This document shows positions 37,109 to 48,971 of a stretch of DNA of 48,971 bases, one piece after another (positions within the stretch are counted from its first letter, which is position 1; each line of letters starts with the position of its first letter). The notes under the pieces are model-generated. The model was not told the origin of the DNA and did no database searches. It was given only the letters and a program-made list of their open reading frames with translations. The position numbers and the translations under genes are program-made. The DNA comes from Octopus bimaculoides (taxonomy: Eukaryota), in the NCBI RefSeq assembly GCF_001194135.2, contig NC_068989.1:13124948-13173918 (forward strand), read 5' to 3'.

Positions 37109-37392
37109 GGATAAGCAAGTTGGGCAAGTCGATATATAATAAATATTAGATACATTTAATACACAAAATGTACATAGGTTTACATATAAGAAGGTCCGAC
37201 TTACACAGAATAGAAATGAGATCAGAAACAGATGTTGGACTCGTAAAACTCCTGTTCAAAACTTTTAATTGCTGATAAAATTTCTATTCTGTGGAAGTCG
37301 GATGTTCTTATATGTAATCATATGTACATTTTTTTTTTGTATTAAACATATTTTATATTTTTTGTATATTAACTTGTCTAACTTGCTTATCC
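37109..37392. mobile_element. Foldback/MITE-like element with ~110-bp inverted arms (37109-37217 and 37280-37392) and a 62-bp spacer
   Basis: Manual alignment gave 16 mismatches plus one 4-nt A-run indel over 109 nt (about 85%). No clear target-site duplication. Confidence 0.75.
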
Positions 37393-37471
37393 ATTCCTGT
37401 ATATACTCCAAGTTTAAATCTCGTGAGCACTACGAAGTGTATTCTTTATGAAGAAGAATATGTCTCTCCCA

Positions 37472-37508
<37 letters not shown>

Positions 37509-37530
37509 TTCTTTCTTTTTATCCTTTTTT

Positions 37531-37739
37531 GGTTTCAGTTATTTGAGTGCGGCCATGCTGGAACACTGATTTTAGTCGAACAAATCGACCCCAAGACTTA
37601 TTCTTTGTAAGTTTGATACTTATCTTATATTGGGGTCTTTTGCCGAACCACTAATTCACGAAGTTTGTGCTTGTCCCATCAGGCGGTGTTGAGGGGACAA
37701 GCACAGACACAAAGACACACAAACTTAAATACATACATG
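37531..37739 (-). mobile_element. Family B SINE, 3' half; the remainder runs into a gap
   Basis: gcggccatgctgg...aaatcgacccca.gacttattctttgtaag...tcttttgccgaacc is the reverse complement of the family B tail. Confidence 0.8.
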
Positions 37740-37927
37740 NNNNNNNNNNNNNNNNNNNNNNNNNNNNNNNNNNNNNNNNNNNNNNNNNNNNNNNNNNNNN
37801 NNNNNNNNNNNNNNNNNNNNNNNNNNNNNNNNTAGTGAAAGAGAGAGAGATATAGATAGACAAATAGATAGACAGACAGACAGACAGACAGATGGATGGA
37901 TAGATAGATAGACAGACAGACAGAAAG

Positions 37928-37986
<59 letters not shown>

Positions 37987-38231
37987 CAAACAGAAGATTA
38001 AATGTAAGATCTAAAAATCGAGGTGTAGGAAGAAAGTCAGCTTCAAGGAATCCGTAGAAAATATAAAAAAACCAACCTTCAGGAAAAATAATTTACTGGG
38101 GCGGAGGGGTATGGATTATTTTCCGTATCAAAGTGCCATAAGCCGAAGAAAATTATTTTATATCTTACGCTAGGCATCCAGGGTTGCCAAGTACGTATAT
38201 ATTATATATGTATATATGTATACATCTATCT

Positions 38232-38262
<31 letters not shown>

Positions 38263-38919
38263 CGCACGCACGCACACACACACACACATACAATTGTATG
38301 TGCGTGTGGGCGCCCGTGCTCGTGTGTGTTTGTATGTATGCGGATTATTGGCCTGGTTGTTCGCCGGATGTTAATAAGGTTGTGTTTTTGATGACTGGAC
38401 CGAGCGATGTTATTGAACAAAAACACTTCATTTCAATTTGTTTCTATCCACTCAGCCAGCAAAATCAATAATCCTGCTATTGCATTTATATTATTTAATA
38501 AACACTACATATCTTTCTTATGAGCTATTAATAGTTTCATGCGATGAAAACAGTTCAGACAGCATTTTATTACACTTCTGGTGCACTCACACAATCTTCA
38601 GTTCCAGACTTGCTATAAAAGCCACCACACGTGTTATAAAATGCAGAGTTGTTTTCATCGCATGAAACTATTAGTAACAAAAAAAAAATACATACAGTGC
38701 TTATTAAATAATACTTATCTCTCACCAGATTTTGTCCTAACCATCAGAACACTATCTACTGTATTTTAACGTGTCGAAAAAACACTTTTTTGTAAAAAAA
38801 TTAGGTTTGAAATATATAGGAGCTTCTTATCCATGGATAGTATTATATTCACTTACAAAACGTTTTCGAAATTTTAAGCTCAAAAGATTTCGAGGTTCCT
38901 TATACACGTGAAAATAAAG

Positions 38920-38962
<43 letters not shown>

Positions 38963-39930
38963 AGATGTGTGCATGTGTGTATATAATATTTGTGTATGTA
39001 TGTATATATACACGTATGTCGGCATGCAGATTTGTGTGTTATTTTGCGTTTGTGCATGGTCCTGTAACGTCGGGGTTCAGCAATAATGGACCGATAGGAA
39101 AAAGTTGAAGATCTTAAAAATAAACACTGGGTCGCTTTGTACAAATGCACCCTTCAAGGACGCAGTCCAATGACTGCAAAAAAAAACCCCACAAAATAAA
39201 ACAAATAAAAGAATTATTATTTCTCATTTACCCTGTCTCAACAATGATTGAAATTTCAGGAGCTATATTATCATAAACGGCCTAACTGCGCTGACCAGTC
39301 TAATTTGACTCGTATCTTCTTTCGTTGCAGAACGAATGGAGCCAATGATGCAGCTGGCTGGCTTTTAAATTTCAGATAGGATGTCGGAGATAAGGGCAAA
39401 TAAAGAATGAGATACAAGAAAATTGAGAACAAGTGGAAAAGAAAGCAAACATCCAATTCCTGAATAAATAAATAAATACAAATATGAACGAATGAATGAG
39501 TGAATGAAAAGAATATAGATGAGTCTAGGGACAGGAAGGGGACGCGTTTACAATGTAGTGTTTGGACGGATGGATAATGAATGTGGGCGCCACTTCGGTT
39601 TTGGCTCTGTCGCGGAGCTTTGTACTCGGTGACAAATTACACATTGTGTTGCATATACCTCGGTGATTATGATGACAATGATGATTACGGCGATAACAAT
39701 CATTATAATGAAGAAGCGGAATGATGACAATGGTATGGAAAACGATGACGGGGAGGAGGAGGAGGAGGAGGAGGAGGAAGGGGAAGAGGATGGAGGAGGT
39801 GGGGTTGGAGGGGGAGAGGGAGGAAGAGGACGAGGGGAATGAGGAGGATGTAAGTGACGATCAGGAGTGAAGAAAATTAATGTGAAAGGACGAATCTGGA
39901 ATAATGATGGCCGTAGTACAGATTAAAACT

Positions 39931-40230
39931 GATGATGATGACGACGACAACGACGACGACGACGATGATGATGATGTTGATGATGATGTTGACTGCAACG
40001 ATGAGGACGACAACGATGACGAAGATGTTGACGATGACGAAAATGATGATGATGATGATAATGATGGTCGTGCTGCTGCTGCTGCTGATGATGATGATGA
40101 TGACTGCCACGATGAGGACGAAGAGGATGCTGTTCACGTGGATTTTTTTTTTATCAATGTTGCTGTTACTGATGACGATAACAATCGTGCTGATTGTAAT
40201 CAAGATTGCGACGATGATCGTGATGAGAAA
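39931..40230. repeat. Degenerate (GAT/GAC)n array
   Basis: Read directly from the sequence. Confidence 0.9.
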
Positions 40231-40373
40231 TGATACACTTGCAAAACAAACAATATCGATCTTCTACAATCGAAATGTTTCACAATCACATTAACATATG
40301 ATGCTCTGGCGCGCATGACTCTCTTGTATATATAAGACATAATTCATTGTAACCTGAAATCAAGCTTGTGCTG

Positions 40374-40680
40374 TTGGTGGTGGTGGTGGTGGTGGTGGTG
40401 GTAGTAGTAGTAGTGTTTATCGTTGTTGGAGTAGCGGCAGTAGAATTAGTAGCAGCAATTTTAGTAGTGGTAATAATAGTAGCAGCAGCAGATGTAGTTG
40501 TGGTGGTAGTGGTAACTCTAGCAGCAGCAGCAGCTCCAATGGTATTATTAGTAGTGGCAGCACCAGCAGTGGTAGTAGTAGTAGTAATAGTAGTAGCAGC
40601 TCCAGTAATGTAGTACTAGAAGTAGTGTTTATCATTGTTGGAGTAGCATCAGTAGAAGCAGCAACAGTAGCAGCAGCAAC

Positions 40681-40739
<59 letters not shown>

Positions 40740-40745
40740 CTCTGC

Positions 40746-40787
<42 letters not shown>

Positions 40788-40810
40788 TAGTAGTAATAGT
40801 AGTAGTAGTT
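40374..40810. repeat. Degenerate (GTG/GTA/GCA)n triplet array
   Basis: Read directly from the sequence. Confidence 0.9.
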
Positions 40811-41382
40811 AGTCAGCCAGTCTAATTTCCTTGGTTTACAGGACAGTATACAAGTGACATAAACTTCACATTAATGGAGCCGTGATTAGATCATTTATTG
40901 TTTCACTTTGACCTCACGAAGAACAACTCTAATCTAACAGACAGGTGATCGAATTCGTACCAACCGTGATGATCCCTCCTTACGTTATCTACACAATACA
41001 TTTATTACTAAACCATTGATATTTGTCTTTGTTTTTCTGTTTAAATATAACGTTTGAGTGAAATCTAGTGAGGTATCTTGCAGGACCAGTGGTCACGTAC
41101 TGTTTCCCTCATTGGCACGTGGTATTTGATGTTGATGTTGTTATTGTTGTTACTTCAAACCTGCTGTTCCTTCACCTATGTTCATAAAACTCTATCTTCA
41201 ATTGCAACATCCATTGCCATATTCTGCACACGTAGGTCGTTGTGTGTATATGTGTGTATGCATATTTGTGTGTTTGAATGTGATTATGTTTGCGTGATTG
41301 TGTTCGCGCTTTTATATGTGTGCATGTGCGCGAGTTTGTGTTTGCTTGTATGTGTCTTTCTGCGTGTGTACTTGTGTATGGT

Positions 41383-41773
41383 GGAGGCGCAATGGCCCAT
41401 TGGCTAGGGCAGCGGACTCGCAGTCATAGGATCGCGCTTTCGATTCCCAGACCGGGCGTTGTGAGTGTTTATTGAGCGAAAACACCTAAAGCTCCACGAG
41501 GCTCCGGCAGGGGATGGTGGCGGACCCTGCTGTACTCTTTCACCACAACTTTCTCTCACTCTTACTTCTTGTTTCTGTTGTACCTGTATTTCAAAGGGCC
41601 AGCCTTGTCACACTGTGTCACGCTGAATATCCCCGAGAACTACGTTAAGGGTACACTTGTCTGTGGAGTGCTCAGCCACTTGCACGTTAATTTCACGAAC
41701 AGGCTGTTCCGTTGATCGGTTCAATTGGAAACCCTGACATCGTAAGCGACGGAGTGCCAACACTGCCAACAAC
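41383..41773 (+). mobile_element. tRNA-derived SINE, family C, apparently full length (about 390 bp)
   Basis: A-box tggcccattggctagg, B-box tttcgattccc, and a short caa-type tail. The 3' part aligns to 10507-10690 (-). Confidence 0.85.
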
Positions 41774-42529
41774 ACACTTGTGTATGTGTGTATGCTTGTG
41801 TGTGTTTCTTTGTCAATTGGTTTGATTTAAGGAAAATTTATTAGCTATATATGAGAAGATATCTCACCGGCTCATTTTCCATTGTGGTTTTCCATATTCT
41901 TGTTTAGATCTATACTAGACCTATTTCATCACTCCTGTGGCCAAAAAATATTCACGGCGTGACTATCCCTTTCATTTTGAAAAAAACTACATTGCATATA
42001 GGAACTTATTGGACGTCATGCCATTGTCTTTGCTTTGCATAGATCTCAATACCTACGTTACGTTTCATATTTAAATCTGTCAGCTCCGTTGAATGAGACC
42101 AGTTATTCATTGTCTTGCATTGACAAGGTTAGTTCGATAAAGATAATTTAATTTATTTTACAAATTAAAGCTGCATCAAACAGATGTGATAAAATACTCT
42201 CCGTATGATTCATTGTGACTCAAAACTGAATTAACTTGATATCAATTAGGAACAATTTATCAGGCAAGTTTAGATGTTCATCAAAAGTAGATAATATCAA
42301 AGTGCCCACAAGAAACATCAAAAGATCTTCATTTGTATATAGAGATATTGTCAAAGAGGAACAGCATTGAAAATTGTAATCGGATTCATAAAGAAATGAA
42401 TACAGTCAGCCAGTGCAGAACTCGCCAATTTCACACTACAGACATTCTAATGTGAACTGCGTAACCTTGTAGATACTTACATATAGCTTGATTGTGATGT
42501 CGTAAGTGGCTTCATTTATTATTTACCTG

Positions 42530-42582
42530 CGTCAGTCATTAGATTGCGGCCATGCAAGAGCAGAGCCTTGAACTGTTTTTCT
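42530..42582 (-). mobile_element. Family B SINE 3' terminal fragment
   Basis: gtcattagattgcggccatgc...gccttgaa matches the reverse-complemented family B tail. Confidence 0.6.
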
Positions 42583-42585
42583 TTT

Positions 42586-42740
42586 TATACATTATTTACA
42601 TTAGACGGATATTTGTCCTCATCTTGTTTGTTGTTAACACAACGTTTCGGCTGATATACCCTCCAGCCATCATCAGGTGTGTTGCGGAAATGTCGAACCT
42701 GGGTTTTCATTCCTAAGGTATTTTTCGATGTTATTATTAT
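42586..42740 (-). mobile_element. Hammerhead-bearing repeat (Penelope LTR / retrozyme / ribozyme-SINE type); its 5' side runs through (AAT)/(AAC)n into a gap
   Basis: Contains the motif at 42636-42681 and is bounded by triplet repeats and the gap at 42790. Confidence 0.55.
42636..42681 (-). ncRNA. Minimal type I hammerhead ribozyme motif with canonical core
   Basis: Minus strand: C ACAC CTGATGA T GGCTG-GAGGGTATAT-CAGCC GAAA CG T T GTGT T. CUGAUGA and GAAA are intact, stem II is 5 bp, stem I is 4 bp, stem III is the ACGU palindrome, and the cleavage triplet is GUU. Confidence 0.75.
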
Positions 42741-42749
42741 TATTATTAT

Positions 42750-42789
<40 letters not shown>

Positions 42790-43096
42790 NNNNNNNNNNN
42801 NNNNNNNNNNNNNNNNNNNNNNNNNNNNNNNNNNNNNNNNNNNNNNNNNNNNNNNNNNNNNNNNNNNNNNNNNNNNNNNNNNNNNNNNNNNNNNNNNNNN
42901 NNNNNNNNNNNNNNNNNNNNNNNNNNNNNNNNNNNNNNNNNNNNNNNNNNNNNNNNNNNNNNNNNNNNNNNNNNNNNNNNNNNNNNNNNNNNNNNNNNNN
43001 NNNNNNNNNNNNNNNNNNNNNNNNNNNNNNNNNNNNNNNNNNNNNNNNNNNNNNNNNNNNNNNNNNNNNNNNNNNNNNNNNNNNNNNNNNNNNNNN

Positions 43097-43138
<42 letters not shown>

Positions 43139-43246
43139 TTTATATAAATTAGGATAAAATCTTTATTTAAAATACCGATCGTATCAAGTGGCTAGCATGG
43201 GAATAAAAACCTCATAGGTAATAATTATAATTTTATATATATATAT

Positions 43247-43408
43247 GATGGGCTTCTTTAAGTTTCCGTCTACCAAATACACTCGCAAGGCATTGGTCGG
43301 CCCGAAGCTATAGTAGAAAAGACTTGCCCAAGATACCTCGCAGTGGGACTGAACCCGAAACCAAGTGATTGAGAAGAAAGCTTCTTAGCACATTGTCACT
43401 CCTGCGCT
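43247..43408 (-). mobile_element. Family B SINE, 5' half
   Basis: gggcttcttt.agtttccgtctaccaaat.cactc.caaggc.ttggtcggcccga.gctatagtagaa.agacttgcccaag...gcagtgggactgaaccc. Confidence 0.85.
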
Positions 43409-43657
43409 TGTATGTATGAAGTTATCTAATACGTTTGACTATTGATTGTATCGAATTTTGTCACAAGGTCAGCAACCTTAGGGTGAGTAATGAGATGATA
43501 ATATTGAACGACTAGCACTTTACTACAACTGGTTGATTTGGTGGGATTTGACATCCAAACGTCCTGCGCCAGAAAAAACTGTATTTTTTCCGAGGTGTTA
43601 ACTAATTTGCTAGTTCAATGTTACTGTCAGAGTACACCCTTTATTTCATATATTCAT

Positions 43658-43788
43658 GGTATTTATTTTATCGATCCCGAAAAGGGATGAAAGGCTAAGC
43701 CCACCCCGACGGAATTTGAACCAAGAGCATAAAAACAAACGAAATACCACTACGCATTTTTCCCGGCGTGCTAACGAATCTGCCAGCT
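43658..43788 (-). mobile_element. Family A SINE, 5' part
   Basis: ggatgaaagg...cggaatttgaac...cccggcgtgctaacgaatctgccagct is the reverse complement of the family A head. Confidence 0.8.
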
Positions 43789-45410
43789 TTTTTTCTCTCG
43801 CTCTTTTAACGTTTTATTGATTATACAATCATATCGAACACAGCCAGACATCAATAATTACTGATCCGCTGCTAGAAATTTTAAAAAGTCATCTTTTATT
43901 TTTGCTACGTAATCTCAATATACACGGGGATTAAATTCAATATACTCTTACACCTTTCACACCTACCATATTTTTTAAAGTGTCTCCAATCGAATAAGAA
44001 ATACATTTTGTATCTTAGTCCAAGTTAAATTTAATATAATACATTCGTATAATGCATTAAAGTTGAATATATTAAGGACAAAATCATTTACTATCCAAAA
44101 CAGCATGGATTTATTGCCAAAATGAGTATTTCAGTCAATATTAAAAATAGTATGTGCTAGAAATAAAAACGAAAGTACTAAGTATAATAGTTATCTGTGG
44201 AATGCATTTTAACTAAAGTAGTACTTTCGGCAAAAGATTAACTTACTCTGACATTTTGACCATAGCATTTCGAGAATTNNNNNNNNNNNNNNNNNNNNNN
44301 NNNNNNNNNNNNNNNNNNNNNNNNNNNNNNNNNNNNNNNNNNNNNNNNNNNNNNNNNNNNNNNNNNNNNNNNNNNNNNNNNNNNNNNNNNNNNNNNNNNN
44401 NNNNNNNNNNNNNNNNNNNNNNNNNNNNNNNNNNNNNNNNNNNNNNNNNNNNNNNNNNNNNNNNNNNNNNNNNNNNNNNNNNNNNNNNNNNNNNNNNNNN
44501 NNNNNNNNNNNNNNNNNNNNNNNNNNNNNNNNNNNNNNNNNNNNNNNNNNNNNNNNNNNNNNNNNNNNNNNNNNNNNNNNNNNNNNNNNNNNNNNNNNNN
44601 NNNNNNNNNNNNNNNNNNNNNNNNNNNNNNNNNNNNNNNNNNNNNNNNNNNNNNNNNNNNNNNNNNNNNNNNNNNNNNNNNNNNNNNNNNNNNNNNNNNN
44701 NNNNNNNNNNNNNNNNNNNNTATATATATATATATATGTCTACATATATGTACATATATGTATCTATGTTCAGATAGATAGATAGACATACATACACACA
44801 TATGTATGTATGTATGTGTGCGTGTGTGTGTATGTATGTATGTATGTACATATGTATGTATGCATCTGGTTCTCTTTCTCTTTTCATTTTCGATACCTTA
44901 CATACAGCTCTACCCACACACGAATAAGTGTCTGTGTTTGTGTTGTGTGTGTGTATGTACTGTGTTCTGTGTGTGTGCGTGTGTGTGTATGCGCATGTGT
45001 GCGCGTATGGGTGTTTCATCAAAAATCTATTTTGCTTTGATTTGCTTCCTTTCAGTATATGAGCCAACTACCTAGCCCTCTGCGTTGAATAATGGCGGAT
45101 ACATGATGGGGAAGATTCTGCGAAGTCAAAAGCGTCGTGCTTGACAAGAGAGTAGTTTCAAAGGTGGGAGTGTTTTCAGAATGAGTGGTGCATAAGACAT
45201 CATCTACTATGCTCATGATTGGATTACAGGCGTTACACGTACAGGTATAATGGAAGAGAATAAAATAACAGAAGTTGCATAATCATTTTCATTATGTAAC
45301 AGCTGTTTCTGCTATAGGTACTTTTCAATCAATTCTTATGTAACCTAATGAAAGGTATTATGTAACCTGTGTTCTATTACCTTTCCTTAATTGGTATTAC
45401 TCTATATTAA

Positions 45411-45805
45411 GGCGGCGAGCTGGCAGAAGCGTTAGCACGCTGGGTGAAATGCTTAGCGTTATTTCTTCTGTCTTTACGTTCCGAGTTCAAATTCCGCCGA
45501 GGTCGACTTTCCCTTTCATTCTTTAGGGGTTTATAAATTAAGTACCAGTTATTCCCTGGGGTCGATGTAATCGACTTAATCCCTTGTTTGTCCCCTCTGT
45601 GTTTAGCCCCTTGTGGGCAATAAAGAAATAAGAAACGTTAGCACACTGGGTAAAATGCTTGGCAGTATTTCGCCTGTCTTTAAGTTCTGAGTTCAAATTC
45701 CACCGAGGTCAACTTTGCCTTTCATCCTTTAAGGGTCGAGAAATTAAATACCAGTTGCGCGCTGTGGTCGATCTAATCGACTGGCACCCTGCCCCAAAAT
45801 TGACA
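45411..45805 (+). mobile_element. Two fused family A SINEs (45411-45632 and 45633-45805)
   Basis: Two successive copies of gttagcac.ctgggt.aaatgctt...gagttcaaattcc.ccgaggtc.acttt.cctttcat.cttta.ggg. Confidence 0.9.
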
Positions 45806-48132
45806 CAGAGAAATTGGGAACTCGAAAATAAAATTTTAAAAACTGCTCATTTCACCAATATGGCGGTTTAGATACATTTCTTACATCAGATACCCATATA
45901 GTACTAAAAAAAAAACATATAAAATCCTAAGAAGCTCACGACTGTATAAAATCAAATCAATACACTGAAATCAACTAGAGTTTTAAATAATCAAGTTCCT
46001 CACCAACATCTACAAATATTTATACCAATATTTGCCAAATTTCTAGAATTTGGAGCTTCGAAAAATCATAACCATTCTAAACCTTCCAATTAATCCGAGA
46101 AAAGTAACATCACACAGATTCGTCAGCCTCTTGCGCACATCCTGAAACACTAGGAAAAGCTAGCGCATCACACTATTTATTTGCATATTTCCATATTTCA
46201 AGACCAATATACTGAACCACGAGACTATTTGCAAATCATACATATTTTTCGATTTTATTCCTTGCTATCCGCTCATACAATGCTATTCAGATTAAATTTA
46301 TGCTGAAACAAAACTAAATGCCAGTGAGCGAGCTATCTATCTGTCTGCAGTATAGTTTTCAGATAGGTAACGATATGGTAAAACCGGGAAGATGTATCCG
46401 TGGGTCGAGTTTGTTGTACAAACCTATACCAACATGTCATATAACTGCTAATGAGGACAGACCTAGAATTCCACTCCGACAAACGTAACTACTGCCACAG
46501 CAGTAATAAGTGAAGTTAACTTTGTAATCTAAAAGTAATCACGCGGGTAACTTCCCTATATTGCGTTCGTGATGTATTTAATAGAGAATTCTGTTTCAGT
46601 GCTTCTATAATTATGTATAGGCAATTGTGAGCGCATGTCCGAAATTTTGATTTTAAATTACGCCATATCTAATATGATGACTTCATGAATAAACTTACAC
46701 ACATTAAATTTGACAAACGCTTTCGTATAACTCAATTACACAAAGAACTCATCTTTGTGAAGAACTACAAAACCAACAACAGCAATTATCAACAAAAGTG
46801 CACCAGCAGTTTCATTAGTGTTATCATATATGATAGATGACTTCATAAGCGACCGCCTAGTCGATATGAACTAACCTAACGATTCTCGTATATGTATTTG
46901 TGACTGCTAAATCCATCCCGAGGTTGTCACCTTGATTGCTGGAACTTTCATATGAAATGAGTTGGTAATATTTCATTTGGAATTAAGGAATTAACGACAT
47001 TATCATGAATAATGAGATGTCACAAAATTATTCACATGCACTGCTTGTTTACAGACACACATTACTGTTATCACCTCAACACACTCGAACAAACATATTG
47101 CAAAGACATAGAAACCCACGCTCTCATAAACATGCGTATACATTTATGACTTTTTCAAATTACATCAATTATATAGTAGAGAGAAATACGCCTAGCACTG
47201 TTATGCATACGAAATACAAATGCAGATGTATCTACATATTTAATAAAAGTTGTAAAGCTGCGATTAACTCTACTTAGCAAATAAAATAAGGAATACGTTT
47301 AAAATCTACAACTACCAGTCACATTGCAGCATATTTCACTCAGGGTGTTACGCTAAACAACATGCTCGTTCATATCCTATCCAAATTTATTAATCATTTT
47401 GTTGGACATCATAAAATCTACCAGTAAAACACGAGTTAGCTACTCCAGGCACATATTTGGTAACAGATCATCTCAATCACATTGAGGTGAGATTAATAAC
47501 AACGCCGACAAAATGGAGACTCATTGACGTCTCTCACCTTGCTAACTGTATTTCGGGAGAAGTAACAAATTTTGTTCAAATCTCAGCGGACACACCATCA
47601 AAGAGTGCAGTAAATAATATAGCATAAACTAAAAAATTAACAAGTTTAATTAGAAGTTAGCTACATTAAGTTTGACTAAGAATAAACTACAGCAATTACA
47701 GAAGTAGATTCATAGATATCACAAATTATTGTATGGTTATTACGTAACTCACGAACAAAATATGCATTCCAATGCAGATATATTGAAACAAAGAATATTT
47801 GCTCATATATGCGAATGTACATCAGAATCAAACAGAATACATACCATGCTGTTTTGTTATTTTGTAATTATAATTGTGGCATAAAAGAAAAAATAATTTA
47901 GTATTGATCATAACATATATTAAGTCATTTTTTTCTTGCGTTTTTTTTCTTTCAAATATCTGTCGTCAATAACATTGTGGAGACCAACTGCATTCGATTA
48001 ACTTAAATACATATAAGAGGTGTTTCATACAAACACACTGTTGTGTATATTTATGTATTTATATATATATATATATGTGTGTGTGTGTGCGTGTGTGTCT
48101 GCATGTATGTACATATCTATCTATCCATCTAA

Positions 48133-48196
<64 letters not shown>

Positions 48197-48291
48197 ATAT
48201 ATATATATATATATATATATNNNNNNNNNNNNNNNNNNNNNNNNNNNNNNNNNNNNNNNTATATACATACCTATATATACTTATATATATA

Positions 48292-48362
<71 letters not shown>

Positions 48363-48934
48363 GGAGAGAGAGAGACGGAGAGAGAGAGACGGCGAGAAAG
48401 AGACGGAGAGAGAGAGAAATATATAAACAATAGAAATACTTATTTCAATAAAGGAACACTGCGTGTAAAACCGTGTCATCTCTATACCAAAAGTAAAGAA
48501 TATAAACCGCATGCTAAATGTACATGCGTATATAACGTACACACAACCATAGAGACACGTATATATGCATGTGCACATACACATACACACACACACACAC
48601 GGACACATATAGATAAAACATACATACATACATACATAGAAAAACCTACCAAAGAATACGTTCATATAGACATGTATTTGCATGTTTATACATGTACATA
48701 TACACATACGCACACACTCCCACGGTTGCCAATTTATAGATATGGCGTATTTTGTGTACGTGCTTTATACACCACGTGCGTTTGCGCGTGCGCGTGAGCG
48801 TGTATACGTGAGTGTTTTATTTCGTAATTGCTTTCTAAGAAATTTTGGGATTTTTTTTAACCTTCAGAACATTGAAGAAACCGAATGAAATAATAAGAAA
48901 ATACATATATCCACACTGTTAATATATATGTATG

Positions 48935-48971
<37 letters not shown>

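Larger units (their letters stand above)
1074..48259. other. Nine assembly gaps: 1074-1481, 11198-11876, 20806-21307, 21921-21956, 24433-24786, 37740-37832, 42790-43096, 44279-44720, 48221-48259
   Basis: Runs of N; all abut a microsatellite or homopolymer on at least one side. Confidence 1.
1..48971. repeat. Dozens of further (TA)n, (CA/TG)n, (GA/TC)n, (ATCT)n and (ATGT)n microsatellites throughout
   Basis: Examples: (TG)n 139-172, (TA)n 6664-6747, (ATCT)n 25762-25814, (CA)n 28767-28833, (TG)n 36717-36807, (GA)n 48327-48360, (TC)n 48937-48971. Confidence 0.98.

Noticed and set aside
8800-45805. tRNA-like sequences with A and B boxes
   Set aside because: They continue into shared repeat bodies and I could not form complete cloverleaves; they are SINE heads, not tRNA genes.
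46070-46145. Minus-strand mini-exon DVRKRLTNLCDVTFLGLIG
   Set aside because: Short, with a weak donor (GTTTAG), and no homology or linked exon.
1-48971. Most ORFs in the six-frame track (poly-CV, HT, YI, LS, RE, X and similar)
   Set aside because: They are translations of dinucleotide or tetranucleotide microsatellites, or of N gaps, with no protein signal.

Overview
Animal genomic DNA, AT-rich and extremely dense in microsatellites, with nine assembly gaps (about 2.9 kb of N). The repeat families resemble those I recall from coleoid cephalopods, most likely Octopus; this is an inference to confirm by BLAST. I recognise no intact known protein-coding gene, rRNA, true tRNA gene or CRISPR array. 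Most ORFs in the supplied track are translations of microsatellites or gaps. The window looks like intronic or intergenic transposon debris: about 14 recognisable copies of one tRNA-derived SINE, 5 pieces of a second, 3 elements of further SINE types, decayed mariner and pogo/Tigger transposases, a CR1-type RT fragment and the 3' end of an RLE-type LINE. The strongest non-routine signal is three minimal type I hammerhead-ribozyme motifs of the Penelope/retrozyme kind, in two repeat families. The best one, at 42636-42681 (-), has an intact catalytic core. Also notable are a 76-bp near-perfect inverted repeat enclosing an old Tigger remnant, a 284-bp foldback element, a 175-bp tandem duplication, and several unique islands with splice signals that may be exons of an unrecognised minus-strand gene (low confidence).
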